NCBI GenBank assembly: GCA_963766075.1
Contig: CAVYAN010000026.1
Location: forward strand, 30,117-94,116
DNA: 64,000 bases
Reading direction: 5' to 3'
DNA from: an uncultured cyanobacterium
GTDB lineage: Bacteria; Cyanobacteriota; Cyanobacteriia; Leptolyngbyales; Leptolyngbyaceae
Positions 11,777 through 21,479 of the stretch are shown piece after piece. The notes under the pieces are model-generated. The model made no database searches, was not told where the DNA came from, and worked only from the letters and a program-made list of their open reading frames with translations. Made by a program: the position numbers and the translations under genes. Numbering within the stretch: the first letter of the stretch is position 1; each line of letters begins with the position of its first letter.

Positions 11777-11924
11777 TGTGCGATCGCGCTGATCGGGGAA
11801 CTGTAATCAACAATACGACTCTTGAAAAACTTCACACTCCCAGGCCATACCCCTCACGCCATACCCTTCAGGCCGTAACCCTAATACCGTGGGAGTGGCC
11901 ATGCGCACACCTTATGCGCACACC

Positions 11925-13001
11925 CTAGATGATCACCTTAGATTTCAGGCTGTGGGCCAGCGATCGCAGCATGCCTTCCGTTGTGGCAAAGTTGACACAG
12001 GCATCGGTGATGCTTTGTCCATAGGTCAGCTTACTCAGGTCCGGCGGCACAGACTGATTGCCCTCCACCAGATGACTTTCGACCATGACACCCATCAGAT
12101 AGGGACTGCCCTGTTGCAATTGCTCAGCAATATTGGCAATCACCTTAGGCTGATTGCGATAGTCCTTTTGGCTATTGCCGTGGCTGCAATCCACCATCAG
12201 GCGCGGCACCAAGTCATATTGGGTCAGTTCCGCTGCGGCCTTTTCCAGATCGGGGGGATAATAGTTGGCTCCTTGTTTGCCACCGCGCAGCACCAGGTGA
12301 CAGTCGCGATTTCCCGTGGTGGAGACGATGCTGGCAATGCCCTCGGCATTAATCCCCAGGAAATGGTGGGGATGGCTGGCGGATAGAATGGCGTGGATAG
12401 CGATCGCAAAGCTACCATCGGTACTGTTTTTGAAGCCCACAGGCATGGACAGCCCCGAGGCCATTTCGCGGTGGGTTTGACTTTCTGTGGTCCGCGCGCC
12501 AATAGCGGTCCAGGAAATCACATCGGCTAAGTACTGGGGAATAATCGGGTCCAACAATTCCGTGGCGCTGGGCATGCCCATTTCGGCCAGATCCAACAGC
12601 AGTTGGCGGGCGCGCTGCAAGCCGGTGTGAATGTCGAAGCTGCCATCCAAATGCGGGTCATTAATTAGCCCCTTCCAGCCGGTAATGGTGCGGGGTTTTT
12701 CAAAATAAACCCGCATGACGATTTCTAACCGATCCTCCAGCTCCACCCGCAACTTCAGCAGTTTTTCCGCGTATTCATGGGCCGCACTCACGTCATGAAT
12801 CGAGCAGGGACCCACAATGACCAAGAGGCGATCGTCCTGCTGGCGCAAAATGCGCCGAATGCGATCGCGGGTCTGGCTCACTAGGGCTGCCACCTTGGGC
12901 GTGATGGGCAGTTGGGCCTTTAAGGCTTGCGGCACAATCAACGGGCGGGTTTCATTGACGTGGACATTCTCAGTGCGGAGGTTATCAGTGGTAAGCGGCA
13001 T
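11925..13001 (-). CDS. aroF: 3-deoxy-7-phosphoheptulonate (DAHP) synthase, class I
   Basis: GPCSIHD, KPRT, GARTTESQTHRE, DCSHGNS motifs. Confidence 0.93.
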   Translation of the reverse strand: MPLTTDNLRTENVHVNETRPLIVPQALKAQLPITPKVAALVSQTRDRIRRILRQQDDRLLVIVGPCSIHDVSAAHEYAEKLLKLRVELEDRLEIVMRVYFEKPRTITGWKGLINDPHLDGSFDIHTGLQRARQLLLDLAEMGMPSATELLDPIIPQYLADVISWTAIGARTTESQTHREMASGLSMPVGFKNSTDGSFAIAIHAILSASHPHHFLGINAEGIASIVSTTGNRDCHLVLRGGKQGANYYPPDLEKAAAELTQYDLVPRLMVDCSHGNSQKDYRNQPKVIANIAEQLQQGSPYLMGVMVESHLVEGNQSVPPDLSKLTYGQSITDACVNFATTEGMLRSLAHSLKSKVII

Positions 13002-13086
13002 TAGCTATTAAGGAGTGATGGAAAGACCTAAAAATCCAACATCCATTGTAACCTGCGGGCTCTCTATACGTGTTACATCATGTAAC

Positions 13087-13776
13087 TCAATCTTGTATCC
13101 CCTGCCCTTGCACCCGTCCAGACCAGTTCGTAGAGTCTTGACCGGATGAGAAATAACTTTGCAGGTAGGCTAAGGTGAAGCGTTTCGTTTCGGCCACAAG
13201 GCGCTGCCGAAACGGATGATCTTGGCTCAGCGATAGCCACAGTAGGGTCCCGATCGCTTTCACCAGCACAAAGGCGATCGCCCCATAATCCGCAGGATCT
13301 AACTCTGAATAGCGCTGGGATAGGGACATCGCCAAATCCTGAATCAGTTGGGCATCCGTAGCCTTTTCGATTTCCTCCAGTTCGGGAATTTTTCCCTGCG
13401 CCTCCATAAAGATAGCGTAGTAGCCGGGATGCTCGGTGAAAAAGTGATCGGTGGTATCAATCAGCCGATCCACATAGGTAGATAGGGGCAGCTTTGCCAT
13501 TTCAGCCGAATCGAGTCCTGACAATCGGTGTTGGAGCAGATCGCCGTAGTGTCGGGCTAATGCTTGCAGAATTGCCGCCTTGTCCGGAAAAAACTGGTAC
13601 AGCGACCCGATTGGTACGCCAGCACGGACCGCGATCGCATTGGTGCTAGTGGCAGCGTAACCCTCTGTGACAAACAGGTCTGCCGCAACATCCAGAATGC
13701 GGGCGACTCGCTCCTGACTGCGGGCTTGGCGTGGCTGACGCCGCATCCCCCTTGGGGTTGATGAGTTTACATCCAT
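13087..13776 (-). CDS. TetR/AcrR family transcriptional regulator
   Basis: PRQARSQER, HTH GVPIGSLYQFFPDK; GGGAGG RBS before ATG 13776. Confidence 0.92.
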   Translation of the reverse strand: MDVNSSTPRGMRRQPRQARSQERVARILDVAADLFVTEGYAATSTNAIAVRAGVPIGSLYQFFPDKAAILQALARHYGDLLQHRLSGLDSAEMAKLPLSTYVDRLIDTTDHFFTEHPGYYAIFMEAQGKIPELEEIEKATDAQLIQDLAMSLSQRYSELDPADYGAIAFVLVKAIGTLLWLSLSQDHPFRQRLVAETKRFTLAYLQSYFSSGQDSTNWSGRVQGQGIQD

Positions 13777-13816
13777 ATAGCCTCCCGGTGACCGCATCCA
13801 TACCCTTAAACAATAC

Positions 13817-13890
13817 GTGAGCATTCCTCACATTTCACTTGACAAAACATGAGTATCGCTCATATCCTAGAAAACATGAGCGATACTCAT
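13817..13890. promoter_or_regulatory. Three palindromic operators RTGAG-N5-CTCAY overlapping a TTGACA/TATCCT promoter
   Basis: Palindromes at 13817-13831, 13849-13863 and 13876-13890 between divergent TetR and Coq4-like genes. Confidence 0.75.
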
Positions 13891-14225
13891 ATATTAGCCC
13901 AGGCTGTCCTGGAGATACTGCCATTCCTGGAGATACTGCCATGATGATGCCCCTTCCCGGAATTTGCTCTCGCCTTGTAACAGGCGTGCGCTTTCTCAGG
14001 TCCAAACTTTCTCCCTGGATCATTCTGGCGATCGCACTATTCGAGGTGATCTTTGCATCACGTGTTCAACGTACCCACGCCAAAATACGTTGGATGAGTG
14101 CGATCAGCAGGATTGACTTCGTGGGTGCTTATAGATTGTTAAATGACTTAATTTGGTGATGTAATTTGTGCTTTTAATTGAGTTCTTGATTGCTTTTAAT
14201 TTCTCAATTCACTGGAGATTTTTCT

Positions 14226-14927
14226 ATGAAACTGATGGATGCATTTCAGTCTAATCAACCCTTCGTTGCCGAAAATCAACAGCATAGCCATTTCCAAATG
14301 CTGCTGATTTTCAAATCATTTTTTGCCATGCTGTCCGGTGATTCTAGCCTGGAATCAGTCGGCGAGATGACCGATGCCTTACTTGAAACTCCTGCGTTTG
14401 ATCTGGCGGCGCAACATTTAAAACGCGATCCAGCCTGTGCGGCGCTAATGCGCGATCGCTATATTCCTCCAGCCCATAACCTTGATCAATTACTCACCTA
14501 TTCGCCGAATTCCTTGGGCCATATCTATGCGACTGCAATGAAGCAAAAAGGTTTCGACCCCAACCTTCACGCCGGAATGACCGCAGAATCTGATGCCCAT
14601 TACGTGGAGCTACGGTTAAGCCAGACCCACGATCTCTGGCATATCGTGACGGGATTTGACACCTCTGAGATTGGCGAAATTGGTTTGCAGGCGTTTCATT
14701 TGCCTCAGTTTCCCTATCCCTTAGCCACGATGTTGGTGGCGAATAGTTTAGTTTCTAGTACATTGCTGGCACCAGAGGAGTTGCCTGCACTGCTGGGGGC
14801 GATCGCCCAAGGATTTCAGATGGGCAAAACCGCCAAGTCTTTGTTTGCGCAGAGGTGGGAAGAAGGCTGGGAAAAGCCCCTGACCCAATGGCAAGCAGAG
14901 TTGAATATCCAGCCACTTCGGCATTAG
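14226..14927 (+). CDS. Coq4 family protein
   Basis: THDLWHIVTGF...GE motif, NSLG, W-EKPL C-terminus. Confidence 0.85.
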   Translation: MKLMDAFQSNQPFVAENQQHSHFQMLLIFKSFFAMLSGDSSLESVGEMTDALLETPAFDLAAQHLKRDPACAALMRDRYIPPAHNLDQLLTYSPNSLGHIYATAMKQKGFDPNLHAGMTAESDAHYVELRLSQTHDLWHIVTGFDTSEIGEIGLQAFHLPQFPYPLATMLVANSLVSSTLLAPEELPALLGAIAQGFQMGKTAKSLFAQRWEEGWEKPLTQWQAELNIQPLRH

Positions 14928-15058
14928 GGCGTTAAGTTGATGGATGGCCCTTCAAGAGGAAATAACCCACCGGGGTACTGCCAGCACCAAAACCTGTAAG
15001 CCAGACTGATGGGGCATTAGAGACAATGCATTCCCTTACTAGAAATCTGAATTCAATC

Positions 15059-15835
15059 ATGGAACTTTCAACTTTTGAGCTACTCGTTAAACGGATTGCC
15101 CCCCCGCCTGCACCTCAAAATGTGGCAAGACGGGTTGTCCAAGGCTACTTCTTAACCATCACGAACTTAGAGTTCAAACCGCTAACCTTCAGAATCCGGT
15201 TCAACATTAGCAAACCCAATCCCGTGGATCCTGATCGGACGCTATTTGGTAATGCAAGTGTGTTTTACGACATTGCTGGAGCAAATGTGCCGATTCCCTT
15301 GTCCGGTGGTCCCGCTTCCACTGTCTTTGGGGGCACGTTTGTTTTACCCGCAAGACAAACCGCCTCTCTCCAATTGTTGCCGAACACCAACCTGTTTGCG
15401 GACCCCAATCCTGACTTTGAGGTGCGGGGTTTTGTGACGCTGACGCTGCCTGCCATCGGCGGCAGACCTCAAAGCAATGCCCCGGTCAAAGTGTTACTCA
15501 ATCCCGAAATTCGGGGTACCTTCTTACCCAATGGTTTCCCCAATGGCGTAGCAGAAGACTTTGATCAAATCAACTATCCGTTGACCGTAGCCAGTGGCAA
15601 AGCATTGAACGAAATTCCAGTGAGTCAGCCATTCACGATCCCAGTGCTCACACCGGATGTACTGCGGTCATTGCCTCCGGAGGAGATCGAGTCACTCTTA
15701 GATGCAGATGATCTCGAAAAAACCCAAAGCCTGATTCAGTTAATGGCGCAATTAGATCAAAATCCCAAAAACTTGGAGAATTTGAGTGATGCGCTTTCTA
15801 AACTCAACATTCCAGTGCGCCTGTCCCCTGCCTAA
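15059..15835 (+). CDS. Conserved hypothetical protein
   Basis: Long ORF with normal codon usage; no motif recognised. Confidence 0.75.
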   Translation: MELSTFELLVKRIAPPPAPQNVARRVVQGYFLTITNLEFKPLTFRIRFNISKPNPVDPDRTLFGNASVFYDIAGANVPIPLSGGPASTVFGGTFVLPARQTASLQLLPNTNLFADPNPDFEVRGFVTLTLPAIGGRPQSNAPVKVLLNPEIRGTFLPNGFPNGVAEDFDQINYPLTVASGKALNEIPVSQPFTIPVLTPDVLRSLPPEEIESLLDADDLEKTQSLIQLMAQLDQNPKNLENLSDALSKLNIPVRLSPA

Positions 15836-16009
15836 GGCTAGGCTGCACCGGAAATTAGGCATGCTGTAAATCTGACTCTTGAAGCATCGACTGCAATAGG
15901 CCCTAATCTCTGGCCCTAATCTCTGTGTCAGAAGATTAGGGCCGCCTCTGCGGGTGAGTTTATACTCGCGTTCTTCTTCCGCGATCGCCTTTCGTCATGG
16001 GAAATCGTT

Positions 16010-16927
16010 ATGCGTCCAGTGTTCAAATTTAAGCCAATGGTCTGTAGTTGGGTCGCGATTCACCCCGAACCTAAAGGAGTTATCCAGTTTGTCGGGGGCG
16101 CTTTCTTCGGGACTTTTCCAACGGTTTTCTATCGATATTTTTTACAAACGTTATTTGAAGAAGGCTACACCATTATCGCGTTGCCTTTTCGATTTAGCTT
16201 TCGGCATTGGTCGATCGCGCTTGATTTACTCAAGGAACAAGACGTATTGTTTCACGAACTGTTTCAGGTTACAGGCAATCCAGTCTACAACGAAAAAGCC
16301 AACTACTTTTGGGTCGGACATAGCTTAGGGTGCAAATACATCGCCCTATTGGAGTTTCTAAGTGGTGCACAATGGCCACAGATTGCCGCAACTTGCATCG
16401 GGCCACAGGCTTATCAGCAGGTTGAAGCACTCATTGCCAATACGGGACTAGAAAATCCTTCAATTTTCGATCAGCCCTCTTTGTTACTGGCCCCCGATAT
16501 TAGCAATACCGAAAGTGCCGTGCCGAGTCGGGCGATCGCTCACTGGCTCGATCGCTTGGGCCTCGGTGTCTTGCCGACGAGAGAGCAGACGCAGTGTTTG
16601 ATTGAACGCAGTCATTTATTTAACCTTACGGCCCTGATTTCCTTTGACCAGGACACATTAGCAGGCCGTCAAACCGATGCAGGCAAAGATCAGAAAACCC
16701 AAGCCAATAGTGATGTGCTCTGGCTGATACAGCAATTGCAGACGAAGAAAATGCCGATTTTGCATGCCGAGCTTCCAGGTAAGCACCTGGAGCCCTTGGG
16801 CGTCCAGATCGGTGAATACCTCGTTGATCTAAATCCGTTTGACAAGTTTATTGCTTTGCTCAAAGGACGTCGGCTGGAGCACTATACCGCTCAATTTTTA
16901 GCAAAACTCCGAGCTGCCAAAGGATAG
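16010..16927 (+). CDS. DUF1350 family alpha/beta hydrolase
   Basis: PKGVIQFVGGAFFG, GHSLGCK nucleophile elbow. Confidence 0.85.
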   Translation: MRPVFKFKPMVCSWVAIHPEPKGVIQFVGGAFFGTFPTVFYRYFLQTLFEEGYTIIALPFRFSFRHWSIALDLLKEQDVLFHELFQVTGNPVYNEKANYFWVGHSLGCKYIALLEFLSGAQWPQIAATCIGPQAYQQVEALIANTGLENPSIFDQPSLLLAPDISNTESAVPSRAIAHWLDRLGLGVLPTREQTQCLIERSHLFNLTALISFDQDTLAGRQTDAGKDQKTQANSDVLWLIQQLQTKKMPILHAELPGKHLEPLGVQIGEYLVDLNPFDKFIALLKGRRLEHYTAQFLAKLRAAKG

Positions 16928-16994
16928 CCCGGAGGCAGGGGCACTTCGCGTGGGGCGAAGGGCAAAACAGTAAGGGCAAGACAATCTAGACAGA

Positions 16995-18242
16995 TTAGAA
17001 GCCGGAAGCGCGATTGACCTCGGTGGGTTGCCAGAAGTGTTGTTCACAGCGGCGCTGGGCGACGACCTGTCCGTGTTTGATCACCGTGCGCTCCACCGGG
17101 GCAGCGGCGATCGCCACTGTCACCGAGTCTGCTTGCAGGATGACCAAATCGGCAGGATAACCAGGTACAATGCCATGGTGCGGGATCCCAATCGCCGCTG
17201 CCGCCCCAGTGGTGGCCATATTCAGGCATTGCTCATGATGCGCCGCCGTCCCCAAGTGCAGCACCTGAGCCAGCAGCGTACAGATTTTCAGCACATCGCC
17301 ATCCCCAAACGGTGTGAACAGATTTTGCACATTGTTGGTAGCCACGCCCACCGTCACACCCAACGCCCCTAGCGTCTGGATTGGGGCCACCCCGCGCCGC
17401 ACGTTATGGGTATCCCGGCGGGCCATCATATACAAATCCGAAGCCGGTAGCGCCAAAATGGCAATCCCAGCAGCGCGCAGTGCCGCCGCCACGGCGGTTA
17501 GGTCCGGTAGCGGTAACCCGGCTAGTTTGGTCATATGGCCCAAACACACCCGGCCCTGCCAGCCGCGCTTTTGGGTCTCAGCCAGCACCAACGGCAGCAT
17601 CAAGGGCAACGCATCATCCAGAAAATCCAAATGGAAATCGACATCACAATCGAATTCCGCCGCAATATCAAACACAATGCGAATATTCTGCTCTGGGTCA
17701 GGATCGACATAGGGCGCGGAACCAATCACATCGCCGCCCAGGGCCATCGCCTGCCGCAAGAGCGCTGGAATTTCCGGTTCCTGGGTGATGCCTTCCTGAG
17801 CAAACACAGCCAGTTGTAGGGTCAGACCCCAGGCAAACTCCTGCCGCAAGGGCAGTAGGGCATGCATGGCGGTTAACTGCACCACTGGATCAACTTCAAC
17901 ATGGGAGCGCATGGTGGTGGTGCCCCAAGCAATGGCCTGCTGCAATGCACGGCGAGCCCGGGCTTGAATGTCAGCAACGGTGAACGCTTGTTTGGCCTTG
18001 AGGGTTTCGCGCATGGCCTCGCCAAAGGTGCCCTCCACCCGCGGGCAGCGATCCAGCAAAAAGACTTTATCCAGATGCATGTGGGCATCCACTAAGCCGG
18101 GGATGACCAGTTGCCCCTGGGCATTCCAGATCGCCGTGCCGGGAACTGTGCGATCGACTTGGGTGATGATGCCATCCACAATGCCAATCTCCCATAAACC
18201 CTCTCGCCCAGGCAGACGCGCCTCTACCAGTCTCAAATCCAC
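16995..18242 (-). CDS. Amidohydrolase, cytosine deaminase-like
   Basis: PGLVDAHMHLDK metal motif, DFHLD, NLFTPFGDGD. Confidence 0.88.
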   Translation of the reverse strand: MDLRLVEARLPGREGLWEIGIVDGIITQVDRTVPGTAIWNAQGQLVIPGLVDAHMHLDKVFLLDRCPRVEGTFGEAMRETLKAKQAFTVADIQARARRALQQAIAWGTTTMRSHVEVDPVVQLTAMHALLPLRQEFAWGLTLQLAVFAQEGITQEPEIPALLRQAMALGGDVIGSAPYVDPDPEQNIRIVFDIAAEFDCDVDFHLDFLDDALPLMLPLVLAETQKRGWQGRVCLGHMTKLAGLPLPDLTAVAAALRAAGIAILALPASDLYMMARRDTHNVRRGVAPIQTLGALGVTVGVATNNVQNLFTPFGDGDVLKICTLLAQVLHLGTAAHHEQCLNMATTGAAAAIGIPHHGIVPGYPADLVILQADSVTVAIAAAPVERTVIKHGQVVAQRRCEQHFWQPTEVNRASGF

Positions 18243-18273
18243 GGCTCACCTTTCCCGTTCGTTATCCTGTTGG

Positions 18274-18711
18274 TTATTCCGTGGCCTTAGCCTCTTGGGC
18301 GATCGCGGCCTTAAACGCAGCGATCGCCACTTCAGCCACCTCAATATCTTCCTCGTCAGTCCCGGAGCCGATTCCAATACCACCAATCACTTCGCCATCA
18401 ACTTCGATGGGGAGGCCACCGGCGATCGTGGCAAATCGGCTGTCCGTAGCCAAGGCAATCCCCATGGCCAAATCGGTTGGCAGTTGCCCAGTGGCGGCCC
18501 TAGCAGAAACGGCAGTATAGGCTTTTTGGATCGCCGAAAATTGGCTGTGCAGTTTCGCCCCTTCCATGCGCTCAAACACCAACAGATTGCCCCCGCGATC
18601 GACCACCGCAATACATTGCGGTACGCCCATGGCTGCTGCTTTGGCAATCGCGGCCTGCAACAGCACCTTCGCCCCCTGGACCGACAACTCCGAAACACGC
18701 CGCACGTACAT
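18274..18711 (-). CDS. GlcG/HbpS family heme-binding protein
   Basis: IAVVDRGG, KAYTA, GGLPI...GGIGIG...D; GAGGA RBS. Confidence 0.88.
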   Translation of the reverse strand: MYVRRVSELSVQGAKVLLQAAIAKAAAMGVPQCIAVVDRGGNLLVFERMEGAKLHSQFSAIQKAYTAVSARAATGQLPTDLAMGIALATDSRFATIAGGLPIEVDGEVIGGIGIGSGTDEEDIEVAEVAIAAFKAAIAQEAKATE

Positions 18712-18764
18712 CCTCAACAGTCCTCCACCACTCAAGACACCGTAGTTAAGCATACCGCTAAGAC

Positions 18765-19946
18765 TTATTTGGTGCCCGCATCTCCAATCACGCCTTCCAC
18801 TAGCCAGTCAACTCCCTGCAACTGCGGATCCTGTAGGGTATAGGTTTTCCCCGCCGGAATCACCACGTTCCCTTTGTTATCTTTGAGTTCACCCTTGAAA
18901 ATAGCCAGACTGCCCTCAAGCAGCTTAGCTTTGGCCGTTGCCACCGCCGCTTGTGTTGCCGCACTGACAGCAGGACCATAGGGTGATAATTGGCAAAAGC
19001 CTTCCTTCAACCCCCCAGCGACTACAGAGGGAATCCCCCCATTCATCAGCGTTTTACCCGCCTTTAGCAGTTCGACGTAATTGCTGTAAATCTTTCCCCA
19101 GTTCCACTCGACCCCGGTCAAGTATCCCTTGGGAGCCAGACTAGCTTGGTTAATGTGATAGCCCGACGAAAAAACTCCCCGTTTTTCCGCCGTACTAATG
19201 ATGACTTTCATATTGTCAACCCGCCCAGTGAGCACATCAGCATTCTGGTCAATCAAGCTATTGGCCGCTTCGGCTTCGCGCACAGGCAATGACCAATCGC
19301 CTGTAAAGATTGCCTGTACCACAATGTCTGGTTTAACACTGCGGGCTCCCAGGGCAAAGCTGTTGACTTCGCGCAAAACAACGGGAATGGGTTTGGGGAT
19401 AATGAACCCCAGCTTGCCCGTTTTGGAGGTCAACGCAGCGACAATTCCAGCCAGGTAAGCGGGCTCGACCAGATCACTGAAGTAGGAGCCCACATTTTTG
19501 GGATACTCCGCCTTATAGGGCTGGTTGGCATGAAAAAGCTGGACTGCGGGAAACTCACGGGCGATCGCCAAACTGTGCGGATTGAAATAACCGTAGGACG
19601 TGGGAAATAGGACCGTTGCGCCGTTCTCCTTAATCATGTTGCGCATGGTTTCTGCTGCTGCCGTGGTTTCTGGAACGCTGGCTTCCTCGACGGTTTTGAC
19701 CCCGCTAATGGCGTCAACGGCCATCTTCCCCACAGCGTGAGATTGGTTATAGCCATAATCATCCTTGGGGCCCACGTAAATGAAGCCAATGACTAGGGGG
19801 GGACTGCTCGCCACTGGACTGGGCGCAGGCTTTTCTGGAACCGGTGTGCATCCAGCCCATAGACGGGAACTGGCCCCAAATGCTCCAGCCGCGAGCAGGC
19901 TGCGAATGACGGTGCGGCGCGGAATCAGGCGATGCGGTCTATCCAT
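18765..19946 (-). CDS. BMP family ABC transporter substrate-binding lipoprotein (nucleoside/nucleobase type), Tat-like signal
   Basis: RRTVIR twin-Arg, AGC lipobox-like, GFIYVGPKDDYGYNQSH. Confidence 0.88.
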   Translation of the reverse strand: MDRPHRLIPRRTVIRSLLAAGAFGASSRLWAGCTPVPEKPAPSPVASSPPLVIGFIYVGPKDDYGYNQSHAVGKMAVDAISGVKTVEEASVPETTAAAETMRNMIKENGATVLFPTSYGYFNPHSLAIAREFPAVQLFHANQPYKAEYPKNVGSYFSDLVEPAYLAGIVAALTSKTGKLGFIIPKPIPVVLREVNSFALGARSVKPDIVVQAIFTGDWSLPVREAEAANSLIDQNADVLTGRVDNMKVIISTAEKRGVFSSGYHINQASLAPKGYLTGVEWNWGKIYSNYVELLKAGKTLMNGGIPSVVAGGLKEGFCQLSPYGPAVSAATQAAVATAKAKLLEGSLAIFKGELKDNKGNVVIPAGKTYTLQDPQLQGVDWLVEGVIGDAGTK

Positions 19947-20197
19947 GCAAACAATCTCCTCAACACAAATCTGTGGCGATCATAGCCGTCCATTGCGCAA
20001 CGACTATGGCCAGTGACTCATAATTACAGGTAATGCCTTGAATAACAGATAGTCCGGACACAGTTTGCAATCCGGGCATCGCTCAACAACCTGGACATCG
20101 CCTGCAATCCAGACACAGTTTGAATAGGAGGACTCTGGTACACCCACGATCGGTACGCCAACGATCCGGGGAGAATGCCCTGTACCCGTATCGGCTC

Positions 20198-21004
20198 CTA
20201 AGCGATCTCTGCCGTCACTAAAAAAACTCGGCCCACATCCGGAACATCACGGGGAGGGAATGCGTTGGGAAAACGGCCAAAATCGGCTCCTTGCTCCCCC
20301 GGTTGCTTGACCGTCGCCTTCCATCCATAGTTGACCAAGAATGCTTCCGGTTGATCAACCCCAAATCGGAAATATCCTTTGAAGGGTTCGTATTCCAATC
20401 CTTTAAGATTGACAGTATCTAAACCTAACTTGCTGCCTGGACTGACCAATTCTGAAATGGTTGAAAAGAGTGTATGAACAACAGGTTGTGTTAGATACAT
20501 CAACAATCCTTCCAACAACCAAATCGATGGTGAGTCAATCTTGTATCCTTGCGCCAGAAGTAGCGGTTTCCAGTCCTGCCTCAGATCCGCCGCAATGGTA
20601 CAGTGCCGACACGCTGGAGAAGCCGTTTGGAGAATCGCCGCCTTGTGAGCAAGCACTTCAGGCTGATCCAATTCGTAGACCGTCGTATCCGGGGGTAAAG
20701 AAAGACGAAAAGCACGTGTATCCATGCCTGCGGCGAGAATGACAATCTGGCGCGCTTCAGCCATCGCAGAAAGAATGAAATCGTCAAAGTATCGAGTCCG
20801 CACCGCTAAATAGGCTGTATCTTGCGCTGTAAATTGCTCCTCAAGCAACTTAAATGCCTCCGGCCCCGCCAAGCGATGCGCAAAATTATCCTCAAACAGA
20901 GAATCATCCCTGGCGGTTTCCAGTGCCCGCATTGCTGCTGTTAAACGCGCAGAGAACGGAACAAACGTTGTCGCATCTGATCGATGATTTTCGGCAGCAG
21001 TCAC
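20198..21004 (-). CDS. SAM-dependent methyltransferase (LCM/TIGR00027-like)
   Basis: AAMRALET, RTRYFDD, LAAGMDTRA, LEGLLMYL. Confidence 0.88.
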   Translation of the reverse strand: MTAAENHRSDATTFVPFSARLTAAMRALETARDDSLFEDNFAHRLAGPEAFKLLEEQFTAQDTAYLAVRTRYFDDFILSAMAEARQIVILAAGMDTRAFRLSLPPDTTVYELDQPEVLAHKAAILQTASPACRHCTIAADLRQDWKPLLLAQGYKIDSPSIWLLEGLLMYLTQPVVHTLFSTISELVSPGSKLGLDTVNLKGLEYEPFKGYFRFGVDQPEAFLVNYGWKATVKQPGEQGADFGRFPNAFPPRDVPDVGRVFLVTAEIA

Positions 21005-21038
21005 ATTGATTCTCCAGTTTTCAAAGACAGCGATCGCC

Positions 21039-21440
21039 CTATAAAACGGTATCCGATGGGGCATCAATAGTGGGCACCGCCTTGACTTCCACCGCATTGA
21101 CATCAATTGTCCCTGGAGGCGTCACGCGGTGAAATAGGCCATCTTCTGCTTTCAGCGATTCACCACAACTAGGGCAGTTGAACTCAGAGCCCTTAAGGCT
21201 CATAAATTCATGGCTACAAACAGGACAAGCCGCTTGCACTAAACTGCGCTGCAACCACCAGCGAAACCCCATAAAGGCAATTACGGGTGCGGCCAACAGC
21301 AGCCCAATCAAAATAAAGAACGACTTGACCAACCACCCAAGACCGATAGAACCGAGCAACCACAGCAGGGCAAACGGTAGCAGGAAGCGGCTCACTTCAG
21401 CCAGTCCAAGCTGTAGATTCTTCATATTGTCCTGATTCAT
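21039..21440 (-). CDS. Conserved cyanobacterial membrane protein with zinc ribbon
   Basis: Two hydrophobic helices, CPVC...CPSC, TPPGTIDV. Confidence 0.8.
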   Translation of the reverse strand: MNQDNMKNLQLGLAEVSRFLLPFALLWLLGSIGLGWLVKSFFILIGLLLAAPVIAFMGFRWWLQRSLVQAACPVCSHEFMSLKGSEFNCPSCGESLKAEDGLFHRVTPPGTIDVNAVEVKAVPTIDAPSDTVL

Positions 21441-21479
21441 GGCCGTCTCCCACGTTGCTGAACTTTCGCCATATCCATC

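Noticed and set aside
13072..13086. GTTACA-TCA-TGTAAC palindrome upstream of DAHP synthase as an RpaB/HLR1 site
   Set aside because: HLR1 is a direct repeat whereas this is inverted; a single short palindrome is insufficient evidence
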